From positions 4,847 through 68,846 of the forward strand of contig JAPVVG010000103.1 in the NCBI GenBank assembly GCA_028571455.1: DNA of 64,000 nt, given 5' to 3'. A program made the translations under genes and the position numbers. The number at the start of each line of letters is the position of its first letter. The stretch's first letter is position 1. The stretch is from Desulfobacteraceae bacterium (GTDB taxonomy: Bacteria; Desulfobacterota; Desulfobacteria; Desulfobacterales; ETH-SRB1). The notes under the pieces are model-generated. The model searched no databases. It saw nothing but the letters and a program-made list of their open reading frames with translations, and had not been told where the DNA came from. Below, in pieces: positions 20,410 to 30,354 of this stretch.

Positions 20410-20697
20410 ATGAAAGATAAAAAGAAGGAATATCCATCCTGTTTTGGAATATTAGACAGGGTTTTTCCCACAGGGGAGGAAGGTCTTAGAAGCAGCCCTG
20501 AGGCCTGTCTTGAATGCATTTACAAAACAGAATGTCTAAGATCTGCCATGGCTGGATCCGGCGGGTTAACAGTCCATGAAGAATTGGTGGACAGGGCCTA
20601 TGAGTCCGGTATGATCGGTTTTCTGAGCAGATGGTCCAAAAAGAAAGACTTAAATCGCAAGATAAAAACGCAAAGCGCAAAATATAAGGATAACTAA
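20410..20697 (+). CDS. Hypothetical protein (four Cys, basic C-terminus)
   Basis: 95-aa ORF in a gene-sized gap between gpsA and pgk. No family recognised. Confidence 0.4.
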   Translation: MKDKKKEYPSCFGILDRVFPTGEEGLRSSPEACLECIYKTECLRSAMAGSGGLTVHEELVDRAYESGMIGFLSRWSKKKDLNRKIKTQSAKYKDN

Positions 20698-20701
20698 AGG
20701 T

Positions 20702-20822
20702 GTAGCCGTTCACGGCTTGAAACTTGAAATTAGAAAGTAGAAATTGGGAAGAACGGTACAAAAGCATGAAGGTCAAATTTCCAATTTCTATTTTCTAATT
20801 TCAGCGTTCCCTGAACGCTTAC
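20702..20822. mobile_element. MITE-like palindromic cassette, copy D2 (shortest; arms plus about 20-bp core)
   Basis: Same terminal arms as D1 and D3. The interior is reduced to ...GGTACAAAAGCATGAAGG. Confidence 0.7.
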
Positions 20823-20856
20823 AAAAATTACCAGGTTCTTTCCAGGAGAGTACATA

Positions 20857-22056
20857 ATGAAATCAATCAGAGAAATAGATATTACAAACAAGACTGTTTT
20901 CATCAGGGTCGATTTTAATGTTCCTATGGATGAACAGCAGAATATTACAAATGACACCAGGATTCAGGCTGTTCTTCCCACCTTAAGATATGCTCTGGAC
21001 AATCAGGCAAAGCTGATCGTAGCTTCACACATGGGCAGACCAAAAGGAAAGAAATTGCCTGAACTAAGCCTTAAACCAATAGCCAAACGGTTGGGCAGGC
21101 TGCTTGAAAAGGATGTGAAGATGGCAAACGATTGCATAGGTCCTGATGTGAAATCGCTTGTATCAGCTATGAAAACAAGCGATATTGTTCTTCTCGAAAA
21201 CTTACGATTCCGTAGAGAAGAACAGAAAAATAACGATAAATTTGCTAAAGAGCTTGCATCGCTTTGCGATGTATATGTAAATGATGCCTTTGCCGTATCA
21301 CACCGCGTCAACGCTTCTGTTGTTGCTATTACAAAATATGCGCCTGTGTCGGTCGCCGGCTTCTTGCTTCAAAAAGAAATCGGTTATTTTTCAAAGATAA
21401 TGGCTAATCCGCAACACCCTGTTGTCGCAATTATCGGCGGCGCAAAAGTATCGGACAAGCTTATGGCATTAGCTAATATGCTGGATCACGTTGATAAGTT
21501 CATAATCGGCGGAGCCATGGCAAACACCTTCTTGAAAAGCAAAGGCTATGGTGTCGGGAAGTCAAAAATCGAAGAAAATCTTGTAGAAGCAGCCGGATCG
21601 ATAATGAAAAAAGCAGCCAAACGCAAAATCAAGTTCTATCTCCCGGTTGATGCCGTAGTCGCAAGACGCTTTGATCCAAAAGCTCAAACAAAATTAGTGC
21701 CTATACAGGAGATCCCTGAAAACTGGATGGCCATGGATATAGGCCCTGCCACCTCTTTGCTATTTTCCGAAGTTCTTTATGACGCAAAAACAGTAATTTG
21801 GAACGGCCCCATGGGTGCGCTTGAAATTGACTCTTTCAGCAGAGGCACAATTGCCATGGTCCACAGCGTAGCCAACTGCTATGCCCTCACTATTGTCGGC
21901 GGCGGCGAGACGGATATCGCTATCCATAAAGAAAAGGCAGACGACAGGATAACATATATTTCAACAGGTGGGGGGGCATTTCTCACAATGTTAGAGGGGA
22001 AGACATTGCCTGCAGTAGCTGCTCTGCAGAATTGTGAAAAGAAAATGGATAAGTAA
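20857..22056 (+). CDS. pgk: Phosphoglycerate kinase
   Basis: 399 aa with RVDFNVP and ASHMGRPKG motifs. Confidence 0.95.
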   Translation: MKSIREIDITNKTVFIRVDFNVPMDEQQNITNDTRIQAVLPTLRYALDNQAKLIVASHMGRPKGKKLPELSLKPIAKRLGRLLEKDVKMANDCIGPDVKSLVSAMKTSDIVLLENLRFRREEQKNNDKFAKELASLCDVYVNDAFAVSHRVNASVVAITKYAPVSVAGFLLQKEIGYFSKIMANPQHPVVAIIGGAKVSDKLMALANMLDHVDKFIIGGAMANTFLKSKGYGVGKSKIEENLVEAAGSIMKKAAKRKIKFYLPVDAVVARRFDPKAQTKLVPIQEIPENWMAMDIGPATSLLFSEVLYDAKTVIWNGPMGALEIDSFSRGTIAMVHSVANCYALTIVGGGETDIAIHKEKADDRITYISTGGGAFLTMLEGKTLPAVAALQNCEKKMDK

Positions 22057-22140
22057 TAATTGGAAAGGTAGTAATAATTTAGCGCTTTGAAAATTTGGCT
22101 GTTTTCGTTGAGATGTTGCTAATTCGAAAAAGCATTATTT

Positions 22141-22265
22141 GAATATCGAATGTGGAACAAGGAATGTCGAATGATGAATTGTGGAATCGCTACGCTCTAT
22201 CTTTTATAGTAGTAAAAATGATAGAATACCTTACTTCGACATTCATAATTCTTTGTTCGATATTC
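22141..22265. repeat. Palindromic element with arms built from short words (GAATATCGAA.../...TTCGATATTC)
   Basis: Left arm 22141-22190 and right arm 22230-22265 are imperfect reverse complements. Both begin GAATATCGAA. Confidence 0.6.
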
Positions 22266-22313
22266 TGCGGTTCAAAAACCGCTGTCAAAGTTAAATTTTT
22301 TCAAAAAGCTAAA

Positions 22314-23051
22314 ATGTTACGAAAGGTAAACATTATAGCCCTAATGGTTCTAAAGTCTTTTTCCGCTAAACATATTGCTTTAATACTTATAATTTTCTTC
22401 TCCCTTGCATTGCCGGGTTATTTCTACAGAACGCAATTATGGGAAAGCGCTGCGCAGTGCTATAATCTTTTTATTGACAGAGAAAAAGTTGCAACATTTA
22501 TCACATCATTCGGCATGGCAGCGCCTGTGATTTTTATGATCATCCAGATGCTCCAGGTGCTCTTTGCTCCTGTCCCCGGCGAAGTTAGCGGCTTTATCGG
22601 AGGCTATCTGTTCGGAGCAACTAAAGGTTTCCTGTATTCCAGTTTAGCTCTGACTATAGGATCGTTGATCAATTTTGTTATCGGCCGCTTTCTGGGAAAA
22701 CATTATATCAGAAAGCTTATCCCAAGCATTTATTTAAACAGATTCGACACTATTTGTAACCGTCAGGGAATTTTTGTTTTTTTTATTTTATTTGTTTTTC
22801 CAGGCTTTCCAAAGGACTATTTTTGTTTTTTTTTAGGCTTAAGCGCCATTCCTGCCAAAGTTTTCATTATTATTGCCTGCATAGGGCGTATGCCTGGAAC
22901 ATTTATGCTAAGCCTTCAGGGGGCATCGATTTATGAACAAAATTATAAGCTATTCGCCATTGTCCTTGGCTTAAGTATTGTTATTGCCCTATTTGCATAC
23001 AGGCGCAGAGAAACTCTTTATCAGTGGATGGAAAGGTTTAATAATAAATAA
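22314..23051 (+). CDS. TVP38/TMEM64 (DedA-related) family membrane protein
   Basis: Start is moved to ATG 22314 because the upstream part of the track ORF lies in the repeat element. Sequence VLFAPVPGEVSGFIGGYLFG fits the family. Confidence 0.65.
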   Translation: MLRKVNIIALMVLKSFSAKHIALILIIFFSLALPGYFYRTQLWESAAQCYNLFIDREKVATFITSFGMAAPVIFMIIQMLQVLFAPVPGEVSGFIGGYLFGATKGFLYSSLALTIGSLINFVIGRFLGKHYIRKLIPSIYLNRFDTICNRQGIFVFFILFVFPGFPKDYFCFFLGLSAIPAKVFIIIACIGRMPGTFMLSLQGASIYEQNYKLFAIVLGLSIVIALFAYRRRETLYQWMERFNNK

Positions 23052-23110
23052 TCGGTTGTTGACGGTTATTGACGGTTGAAGTAAATGATGATAATTGAAA
23101 TAATAAGTGA

Positions 23111-23274
23111 CTACTCACGTAGTCAGGCTGAAGCTGTTTAGACTGAAGGCTGAAGGGGTCAGAAGAGCACGATTGCCGTACTTTGGCGGAAATATCTGAT
23201 TCTTGCACCAAATATGGCTTCAAAATGCGCTTTTTCCTAACAGTCTTCAGCCTTCAGCCTATCTACCTGAGTAG
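23111..23274. mobile_element. MITE-like palindromic element, copy G1 (CTACTCACGTAG...CTACCTGAGTAG termini; CTGAAGG-word arms)
   Basis: Near-identical second copy at 55828-55984. Confidence 0.7.
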
Positions 23275-23320
23275 TTACAATAATAGTTGCCAATGATAAA
23301 CATACAACGGGGCTTGAAGA

Positions 23321-24406
23321 TTGATCAGCACAGTGGAAAAAAAACTTGCATTCTGGAGCGTAAGGGAGGAACTTAGCCAGGCAAACAGATTAAGGCGCTC
23401 ATATTACGAGCTTTTGAGAGATGAGCTGGATCAATTCGTGATCCAGCATTCCCTGATAGATTCATATCATAACTTTATTGGCAAAAAACTTCCTTATCCC
23501 TTTGTTGAAAAACGGGAACTCAAACCACGCGCTCGCATCCCGGATGTTGAATACGAATGCCAGAATACCTTTCTTGTAATCTTTATTGAGGATACGCTAC
23601 CTGCAAGCCACAAGAAATATATTAGATTCTTTGATGTTAACAAAACCACAAAGGCTAATTTACTTCCCTTCAAAGCCCTTCCTCTTTCAGGTAAATTTGA
23701 CAGAAATCAAAAATACTTAGAGTCTGCCCATTTTTTTAATTTTTTAAGAGTTCTTCTTCCGGTCGATTATGCCCTTCTTATTCAAAGGGATCCGGCCAGC
23801 AAGACCAGGGCCCGATATGATCTTTCCCACTTTCATGTTAAAATAGACTGGCCGATTGCTGAGGCTGCAGAGAATCTTGCCCAAAGTCTTCGATATATAT
23901 CAAAAGACCTGTATGAAAAAGGGGATAAATACGCTGAAGATATACAGAAGAAATTTTTCGGATATTACGGGCTCCCTGTAATGTCCGGGGGAAGAAGGAC
24001 GGCAGCTATTGTGGCGGCCCAGTATTTGAAAAGGCTCCCATGTATCTCAACCGTATACGCAGGAAGCAGTGAATCAAGAGCTCTTATACGCATTTCTGAA
24101 AGGGGAACATCTAAATCGGTTCTAATGAAGCTCACAGAGGAAGAAATGAAACAGACTGCAGAGGATAATAATCTTGCGCTGCAGACTTTCAAGAAGAATT
24201 ATATGATTTCCCGCAACAGGAAGAATGGCGTATTTATTTTCCAGGCCACCTATTCATTTACAAACGCTGCCAGATCGCCTGATGATGGTAAGCTGAGGGA
24301 GCTTATCCCTGATCTTTACTGGCTGACGGTCGGCGGGCAGCATATACTCCCAAAACCCGGCGTGTGGAAGTATCCCCCGCTATCGTTAAATGTTATCTAT
24401 TCGTAG
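23321..24406 (+). CDS. Hypothetical protein, no recognisable domain
   Basis: 361-aa ORF with a TTG start. Its stop codon TAG (24404-24406) lies inside the first bases of element D3. Confidence 0.45.
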   Translation: MISTVEKKLAFWSVREELSQANRLRRSYYELLRDELDQFVIQHSLIDSYHNFIGKKLPYPFVEKRELKPRARIPDVEYECQNTFLVIFIEDTLPASHKKYIRFFDVNKTTKANLLPFKALPLSGKFDRNQKYLESAHFFNFLRVLLPVDYALLIQRDPASKTRARYDLSHFHVKIDWPIAEAAENLAQSLRYISKDLYEKGDKYAEDIQKKFFGYYGLPVMSGGRRTAAIVAAQYLKRLPCISTVYAGSSESRALIRISERGTSKSVLMKLTEEEMKQTAEDNNLALQTFKKNYMISRNRKNGVFIFQATYSFTNAARSPDDGKLRELIPDLYWLTVGGQHILPKPGVWKYPPLSLNVIYS

Positions 24407-24651
24407 CCCCGCCACGGCGGGGCTTGAAACTTGAAATTGGAAAGTAGAAATTGGGAAGACTTGTCTGCGTGCGGGCACGCACAGGCAGGGATGAAACGAG
24501 TTTACGAGTTGGATGTTTACAAGCTGGCAGAATACAAAGCAATAGTTGAAAAACTCGGCCCAAAATTAAATGCGTTCATCAACAGTACAAAAGCATGAAG
24601 GCCAAATTTCCAATTTCTATTTTCCAATTTCAACGTTCCGTGAACAGTTAC
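24403..24651. mobile_element. MITE-like palindromic cassette, copy D3 (contains an internally deleted four-helix-bundle gene remnant)
   Basis: The interior encodes ...RVYELDVYKLAEYKAIVEKLGPKLNAFINSTKA-stop, an N-terminal-like segment fused to a C-terminal-like segment. The arms match D1 and D2. Confidence 0.7.
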
Positions 24652-24659
24652 ATTCATAA

Positions 24660-25130
24660 TTAATTTATATTCTTCATCATTGCTATTGCATCGCAATCCG
24701 GGAACTTGACGCACAGCAGGCAGTCTCCCCAGATTTTAAGCGGGAGCTCAGATCTGTCTATTTCCACAAAACCGTATTTCTTAAAAAATCCAGGCCGGTA
24801 GGTAAGAGTAAATACCTTTTTCATATTATATGATTTTGCCTCGGAAAGGACTGCTTCTGTGAGCCTTGAGCCGATATTTTTATTAGTGTGCTCAGGATAA
24901 ACCGCTAATGATCGTATTTCCGCCAAGTCCTCCCAGCAAAATTGCAAAGCACAGCAACCCAGAACTTTATTTTCCTGATCATCTACATATACCGAAAAAT
25001 CTCTGAGATGATCATAAAGTTCACTTAAAGGTCGAGAAAGAAGTTCTCCTTTTTTTCCATATTCATCAAGAAGCCTGTGAATAGCTTTTATGTCACTTAT
25101 TTGTGCTTTTCGAATCATAATAATTAACAT
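24660..25130 (-). CDS. GNAT family N-acetyltransferase
   Basis: 156 aa. The likely true start is MIRKAQISD at 25118. GNAT core: LAVYPEHTNKNIGSRL. Confidence 0.8.
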   Translation of the reverse strand: MLIIMIRKAQISDIKAIHRLLDEYGKKGELLSRPLSELYDHLRDFSVYVDDQENKVLGCCALQFCWEDLAEIRSLAVYPEHTNKNIGSRLTEAVLSEAKSYNMKKVFTLTYRPGFFKKYGFVEIDRSELPLKIWGDCLLCVKFPDCDAIAMMKNIN

Positions 25131-25149
25131 ACCATCATTGCCGATTAAA

Positions 25150-25890
25150 TCAAACAGAAAAGTCTTGGTTAAAAATATATCCTACTGACCTAAGGCTCTT
25201 AAAATGCACAGGCTTCTTTGGATTGTCCTCAAAATATTTTCGAAACCGCACGATAAAATTGTCCACTGTACGGGTTGAGGTTCCCCTGGCGTATCCCCAC
25301 CCTGTTTCCAGCAGTCTGCCTCTTGAAAGAGGTTTTCCCTTATTGATTATAAAAAGCTTTAAAAGCTTTACCTCCTGCTCGGTCAGATTAACCTTGCCGC
25401 ATTTACAATATGCGGTTGATGTTTCAAAATCGATCCGGTTGCCGCCAAAAGTATAGGTCTGCGTTGAGATAGAAAAATCGGCTTTGCTTATATCCTCCCC
25501 GCCTCGATGCCATGATGCCCTGATTAAAAGACGATCTACCCGCAGCAAAAACTCCTCAAGGTTAAACGGCTTTGAAAGGTAATCGTCAACACCGTAAGAA
25601 AGCCCCTTTATCCTATCATCAGGAGCCCCTTTGGCCGACAGAATCAAAATCGAAATTTGCTCATCCTCAAGACGAATATTTTGGAGCACAGATAGCCCAT
25701 CAATACCCGGCAGCATTATATCAAGTACGATCAGGTCAGGCATCCACCTTTTCCATTGTCGCAGACCTGAAACCCCGTCCATAGCGATTTTCACATCATA
25801 TCCCTGAAGCGACAGGTTTAATTTCAAACCCTCTGCTATATGCTCATCATCTTCGATTACCAGAATTCGTTTTTTATCGTTATTTTTCAT
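25150..25890 (-). CDS. OmpR-family response regulator (receiver plus winged-helix DNA-binding domain)
   Basis: 246 aa with receiver motifs (DLIVLDIMLPGIDG) and a C-terminal wHTH (RSVGY). Confidence 0.9.
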   Translation of the reverse strand: MKNNDKKRILVIEDDEHIAEGLKLNLSLQGYDVKIAMDGVSGLRQWKRWMPDLIVLDIMLPGIDGLSVLQNIRLEDEQISILILSAKGAPDDRIKGLSYGVDDYLSKPFNLEEFLLRVDRLLIRASWHRGGEDISKADFSISTQTYTFGGNRIDFETSTAYCKCGKVNLTEQEVKLLKLFIINKGKPLSRGRLLETGWGYARGTSTRTVDNFIVRFRKYFEDNPKKPVHFKSLRSVGYIFNQDFSV

Positions 25891-25920
25891 ATATAATATC
25901 TTAAATGGAACAGGTGATTC

Positions 25921-26868
25921 TCAACAAGGCAAAATTAAGGTAAAAGCTGATCCCTTTCCTAGTCCTTTGCTTTCAGCAATTACCTTTCCCTTATGAATGC
26001 GAGCTATATTCTGCACCAGATACAGCCCCAATCCACTGCCGCTGGGTGATGTATTATCCGAACTGCCGGCCCGATAAAATTTTTTGAAAATCTTTTTGAT
26101 TTCCCTTTTTTCAATTCCAATGCCATTATCTTCAAACATGACATTCAACTTGCCATTATTGATCGCAAAGGAAATGTCAACTATCGGTTTCTTAGACCTG
26201 TTATACTTGATAGCGTTGGTCATAATGTTCATCAAGAACATTTCAAATAAAGACTGATTAATACGGCATAAAAAAGACCGGTCTAAAGAATTATGAATCT
26301 TAACCTCACAATTACTGAAAAGGTGAATGTTGTTTTTATAAAATCGATTAATTGTTTGGACAAGATCCGATATTACAAACTCCCCTCCATAGCTCTTGCT
26401 CTCAATTCTGGCAAGATTCAACATTCGGTTAATATTATCAGAAAGCTTGGTAACGTCCTGAATCATATAACCTGTATATTTAAGCCGATCCTCCCTTGAA
26501 AGCTCATGCTTTTCAAATGTCTCAAGATACAGCTTTAAGGAGGTAACAGGGGTTTTCAGTTCGTGAGTGAAATTGTTGATAAAGTTGCGCTGTATCCTAT
26601 AAAGTTGCAATGTCTTATGATGATAGACAAAAATAATAAATATCCCCATCAAGATGATCCCGACAAGTATCGAAAGTACCATAATGACCACCCAGGTCTG
26701 AGATTCCAGAATCTGTCCGGGATCGAGATTTAACTCCAGTATAACCTTCTTTAAACCAGCGCTTACCTCCATATACCAGTAAATATACAAGAATAGGGAC
26801 ATGGCCAGAGCCACGATAGAAAAAATTAAAATAAGGATGGGATGAAAAAACCATTTTGCTCGATACAT
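25921..26868 (-). CDS. Sensor histidine kinase (two TM helices, short loop, HisKA plus HATPase_c)
   Basis: 315 aa. H-box FTHELKTP, N-box MTNAIKY and G-box GSGLGL. Confidence 0.9.
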   Translation of the reverse strand: MYRAKWFFHPILILIFSIVALAMSLFLYIYWYMEVSAGLKKVILELNLDPGQILESQTWVVIMVLSILVGIILMGIFIIFVYHHKTLQLYRIQRNFINNFTHELKTPVTSLKLYLETFEKHELSREDRLKYTGYMIQDVTKLSDNINRMLNLARIESKSYGGEFVISDLVQTINRFYKNNIHLFSNCEVKIHNSLDRSFLCRINQSLFEMFLMNIMTNAIKYNRSKKPIVDISFAINNGKLNVMFEDNGIGIEKREIKKIFKKFYRAGSSDNTSPSGSGLGLYLVQNIARIHKGKVIAESKGLGKGSAFTLILPC

Positions 26869-26990
26869 AGGCTAACCTGTGTAAAACTTTTGTAAAATCA
26901 AAAAAATTACTTTAATTTATTTAACTTTTTTGTAATACTATAATATTTTTAAAATAGTTTTTAACTTTTTACGAAGCCATCATATAGCAT

Positions 26991-28847
26991 ATGCAAAACT
27001 ATTACCATACATTTCATATTCCTGTTATGGGCACTGGACACTCTGTAGACACACCTATCCGTGTTGCCCCGCTTGGTATAACATCCGTAATTTCCCTTGT
27101 TGATGATATTTTGCTTGAAAAAATTAGGAAATATTACAGCAAAAAATTCGGCCTGCCCTATTCCAAAATACAAAGAAATGCCGTAGACGGCAGAGCAAAA
27201 AGAACCACCGCCTATCTTGACTTGGTACACGAAATCGTTCGGATCAAAATGGAGAATATCAAAAAACAACCCTTTTTTAAAAAAAATGATAAAACAAAAT
27301 ACTTTGAGCTTCTGCCTGATAAATCCCGGCTGAAAATTGAATATAACAAACTTTTAGAGATGAGGGCGGGACTTAAAAGAAATGTACTGGCAAAAGATTT
27401 GACTAATAGAATGCGGCCCGGCTCTATTGACGTCAACATTATGGTCAAACTTGACCGGATTTATCATGACAATATCCTGCCTATTACTGATGAATTCAGC
27501 GATGCCAAAACAGCGCTTAGAGGATATGCCGAGAGCAGCCTTGAGTCGGCCATTGTATTTTCCGCAGGCATCAATCAACGATTATTTCATTATATGACCC
27601 GGTTTAAGGACTTTTACAGGGATAAGACAGGCAAGATAAAGAAGAAAATAATTCTCAAAGTAAGTGATTTCCGCTCAGCCCTTATCCAGGGTAAGTTTTT
27701 GGCAAAAAAGGGTTTGGAAGTATATGAATTTCGAATTGAATCAGGGCTTAATTGCGGTGGTCATGCCTTTCCTTCAAACGGATTTTTGCTTCCCAGCCTT
27801 TTAAAGGAATTCAAAGAAAAACGTGATGGCTTCACTGCAAAATTCCTGCCCCTGATACAGAAATATTACAAAAAAATGGGCTGGGAATATCCTGAAAAGG
27901 CTTTAAGCGCCAGGCCGGTTATTACCGTCCAGGGCGGAATCGGCACTCACGGAGAAGACCACAGGCTCAGAGAGCAGTTTGGAATGGATCTTACAGGCTG
28001 GGCCAGCCCTTTTTTGCTGGTTCCTGAAGCCACCTGCGTGGATGCATCCACACGTGAGCTTCTAAAACAGGCCGGCAAAGAGGATCTCTATGTGAGCGAC
28101 GTCTCACCCCTTGAAATCCCCTTTAATAATATACACAAATGCGGATCCGAAATGTGGACAAATAAAAGAGTCGCAAAGGGAAAGCCAGGCTCCCCCTGCG
28201 CTAAGGGTTTTCTTGCATCTAATACCGAGTTCACAAAACAGCCGATCTGTCTTGCCTCCCGGCAGTATCAGAAAATAAAGCTAAAGGAAATAAAGAATAT
28301 GGAGATCTCTGCCAAAGAGAAGGAAAGGCTGATCCAACAGGTTGTTGAAAAAGCATGTCTATGCGATCATCTGGGGAATGGAGCCCTTATCACTTTAGGA
28401 ATCGCGGATGAAAAGAACTCGCCTCAGTCAATATGTCCCGGGCCCAATATTGCCTGGTATAAGAGATTATACTCGCTTAAAGAGATGGTGGACCATATTT
28501 ACGGAAGAGGCCGATCACTGGCTCCATCAAAACGACCGCACATGTTTGCCGCTGAGATAGTGATGTATGTGGACTATTTTGAAAAACTGGTAACTCGTAG
28601 CGCTTACACCCAGATCGAAATAAAAAGGCTTCGTGAGTTTAAAGACAATCTTGAACAGGGAATGGATATTTGCCTTGATATTGCTAAAATGAAACCTTAT
28701 CGTGGAGAAAACTTGGCGTCCATTCCTCCATGCGTTGAAGGGCAAAGAAAACGTTTGAGAGTTATCTATGCCTCTTTTAAAAAAAATAACATAATAACAA
28801 TTCCGCAAAAGCATAAGGATAATACACCCGCAATGATGGCTTTGTAA
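26991..28847 (+). CDS. Hypothetical protein (possible distant TIM-barrel/NMO-like motifs)
   Basis: 618-aa ORF. Motifs ESGLNCGGHAF and VQGGIGTHGE weakly recall the FMN-dependent NMO family. No confident assignment. Confidence 0.5.
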   Translation: MQNYYHTFHIPVMGTGHSVDTPIRVAPLGITSVISLVDDILLEKIRKYYSKKFGLPYSKIQRNAVDGRAKRTTAYLDLVHEIVRIKMENIKKQPFFKKNDKTKYFELLPDKSRLKIEYNKLLEMRAGLKRNVLAKDLTNRMRPGSIDVNIMVKLDRIYHDNILPITDEFSDAKTALRGYAESSLESAIVFSAGINQRLFHYMTRFKDFYRDKTGKIKKKIILKVSDFRSALIQGKFLAKKGLEVYEFRIESGLNCGGHAFPSNGFLLPSLLKEFKEKRDGFTAKFLPLIQKYYKKMGWEYPEKALSARPVITVQGGIGTHGEDHRLREQFGMDLTGWASPFLLVPEATCVDASTRELLKQAGKEDLYVSDVSPLEIPFNNIHKCGSEMWTNKRVAKGKPGSPCAKGFLASNTEFTKQPICLASRQYQKIKLKEIKNMEISAKEKERLIQQVVEKACLCDHLGNGALITLGIADEKNSPQSICPGPNIAWYKRLYSLKEMVDHIYGRGRSLAPSKRPHMFAAEIVMYVDYFEKLVTRSAYTQIEIKRLREFKDNLEQGMDICLDIAKMKPYRGENLASIPPCVEGQRKRLRVIYASFKKNNIITIPQKHKDNTPAMMAL

Positions 28848-28848
28848 A

Positions 28849-30354
28849 ATGAAGATAGCCCTTGCTCATTATCATCTTAAAACCGGCGGGGTAACAACTG
28901 TCTTAAGGCAACAAATTGAAGCTATCAAAAACGATTGTGAAATCCTTGTTCTTACGGGAGAACTCCCTGATTCCCCCTTCCCTGCCGATATAAAACATAT
29001 CCCTGGACTTGCCTATTATGGCAGGTCATCCAAAAAAGTATTTACTCCAAAAGAGGTTGCAGAATCAATAATCAAGGCAATTCATTCAAAGTGGAAACAA
29101 GGATGCGACATCCTTCATGTTCATAATCCCTTACTTGCCAAAAATAAGAATTTTTTAAAAATTCTACAAGAGCTGCGCAAAAGGAAAATCAGGCTTTTTT
29201 TGCAAATCCATGATTTTGCGGAAGACGGCCGTCCATTGTCATACTTTGATGAGGATGAATATGTGCCTGACTGCCATTACGGGGTAATTAACTCTCGCGA
29301 TTACAATATACTGCTTAAAGCAGGTCTAAAAAAGGAGGGCCTGCATAAGATTTTCAATACAATAAAACCTTTCGAGTTAACACCCCCCTCTATCCCCCCT
29401 CGAGGGGGAGTAACACCCCCACCATTCCCCCCTCGAGGGGGGGCACCCCCACCATTCCCCCCTCGAGGGGGGATAAAGGGGGGTGTTACTCCAAGGTTTG
29501 CTCTATATCCGATTCGCGCTATTAGAAGGAAAAATATTGGCGAAGCAATTCTTTTATCTTTGTTTTTTAAAAACCACCCGGCTCTTTTTATAACGCAACC
29601 GCCAAACAGCCCGATTGACATCATAAGTTATAAGGGATGGAAAAGCTTTGCAAAAGAAAACAGTCTTGATGTGGTGTTTGAGGCTGGATTAAAATATGAT
29701 TTTGAACAGCTTGTACTTGCAGCAAGATTTCTTATTACAACAAGCATAACAGAAGGGTTCGGCTTTTCATTTCTTGAACCATGGACAGCTAAAAAAATCC
29801 TTTGCGGAAGAAAGCTTCCGGATATATGTTATGATTTTGAACAAAACGGGATTAAGCTCGATCATCTTTATACAAAACTGCTCGTTCCTGTAAAATGGAT
29901 CGACAAAAACGAGCTTTACGAAAGATGGTGGGCATCTGTTTTAAAGGCCTGCTCTTTGTTTAATTACAAAATTGATAATAACAATATTGAAAAGGGTTTC
30001 TCTGCAATAACAAAAAATAATAATATTGATTTTGGATTGCTGAACGAATCATTTCAAAAGCAGATAATCGCCTGTGTACTTTCGGATAAAAAGAATGCAA
30101 ACAGGCTGCGCTCCCTTAATCCGTATCTTTCACACATCGGAGAAATAGAAAATCAAGAGGACTTGATACAAAATAATATGAAGGCTGTGCTCAGTAATTA
30201 CAATAATAGAATATATAAGAAAAAGCTTTTTGAGATTTACTCAAATGTATGCAAAAATTCGGTCAGACAGAGAATAGATAAAAAGATTCTCCTGTCAGAG
30301 TTTTTGAATTTGCAAAAATTCAGCCTTCTTAAATGGGGCGATTATGTTAAATAA
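28849..30354 (+). CDS. Putative glycosyltransferase (GT-B/GT4-like) carrying an in-frame Pro/Gly-rich repeat insertion
   Basis: 501 aa. The N-terminus MKIALAHYHLKTGGVTTV is GT-like. Residues encoded by 29379-29489 are TPPSIPPRGGVTPPPFPPRGGAPPPFPPRGGIKGGVT. Confidence 0.5.
   Translation: MKIALAHYHLKTGGVTTVLRQQIEAIKNDCEILVLTGELPDSPFPADIKHIPGLAYYGRSSKKVFTPKEVAESIIKAIHSKWKQGCDILHVHNPLLAKNKNFLKILQELRKRKIRLFLQIHDFAEDGRPLSYFDEDEYVPDCHYGVINSRDYNILLKAGLKKEGLHKIFNTIKPFELTPPSIPPRGGVTPPPFPPRGGAPPPFPPRGGIKGGVTPRFALYPIRAIRRKNIGEAILLSLFFKNHPALFITQPPNSPIDIISYKGWKSFAKENSLDVVFEAGLKYDFEQLVLAARFLITTSITEGFGFSFLEPWTAKKILCGRKLPDICYDFEQNGIKLDHLYTKLLVPVKWIDKNELYERWWASVLKACSLFNYKIDNNNIEKGFSAITKNNNIDFGLLNESFQKQIIACVLSDKKNANRLRSLNPYLSHIGEIENQEDLIQNNMKAVLSNYNNRIYKKKLFEIYSNVCKNSVRQRIDKKILLSEFLNLQKFSLLKWGDYVK
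29379..29489. repeat. 111-bp palindromic element inside a CDS (three CCCCCCTCGAGGGGG palindromes; outer AACACCCCCC/GGGGGGTGTT arms)
   Basis: Read directly from the sequence. The length is a multiple of 3 and the element is stop-free on both strands. Confidence 0.85.

Noticed and set aside
22152-22313. Upstream extension of the TVP38-family ORF (MEQGMSNDELWNRY...)
   Set aside because: It is encoded by the palindromic word element at 22141-22265. The family-like sequence begins only after the ATG at 22314.
29301-29624. 107-aa minus-strand ORF rich in PPRGGNGGG
   Set aside because: It is the mirror reading of the stop-free palindromic insert inside the glycosyltransferase gene and has no independent support.
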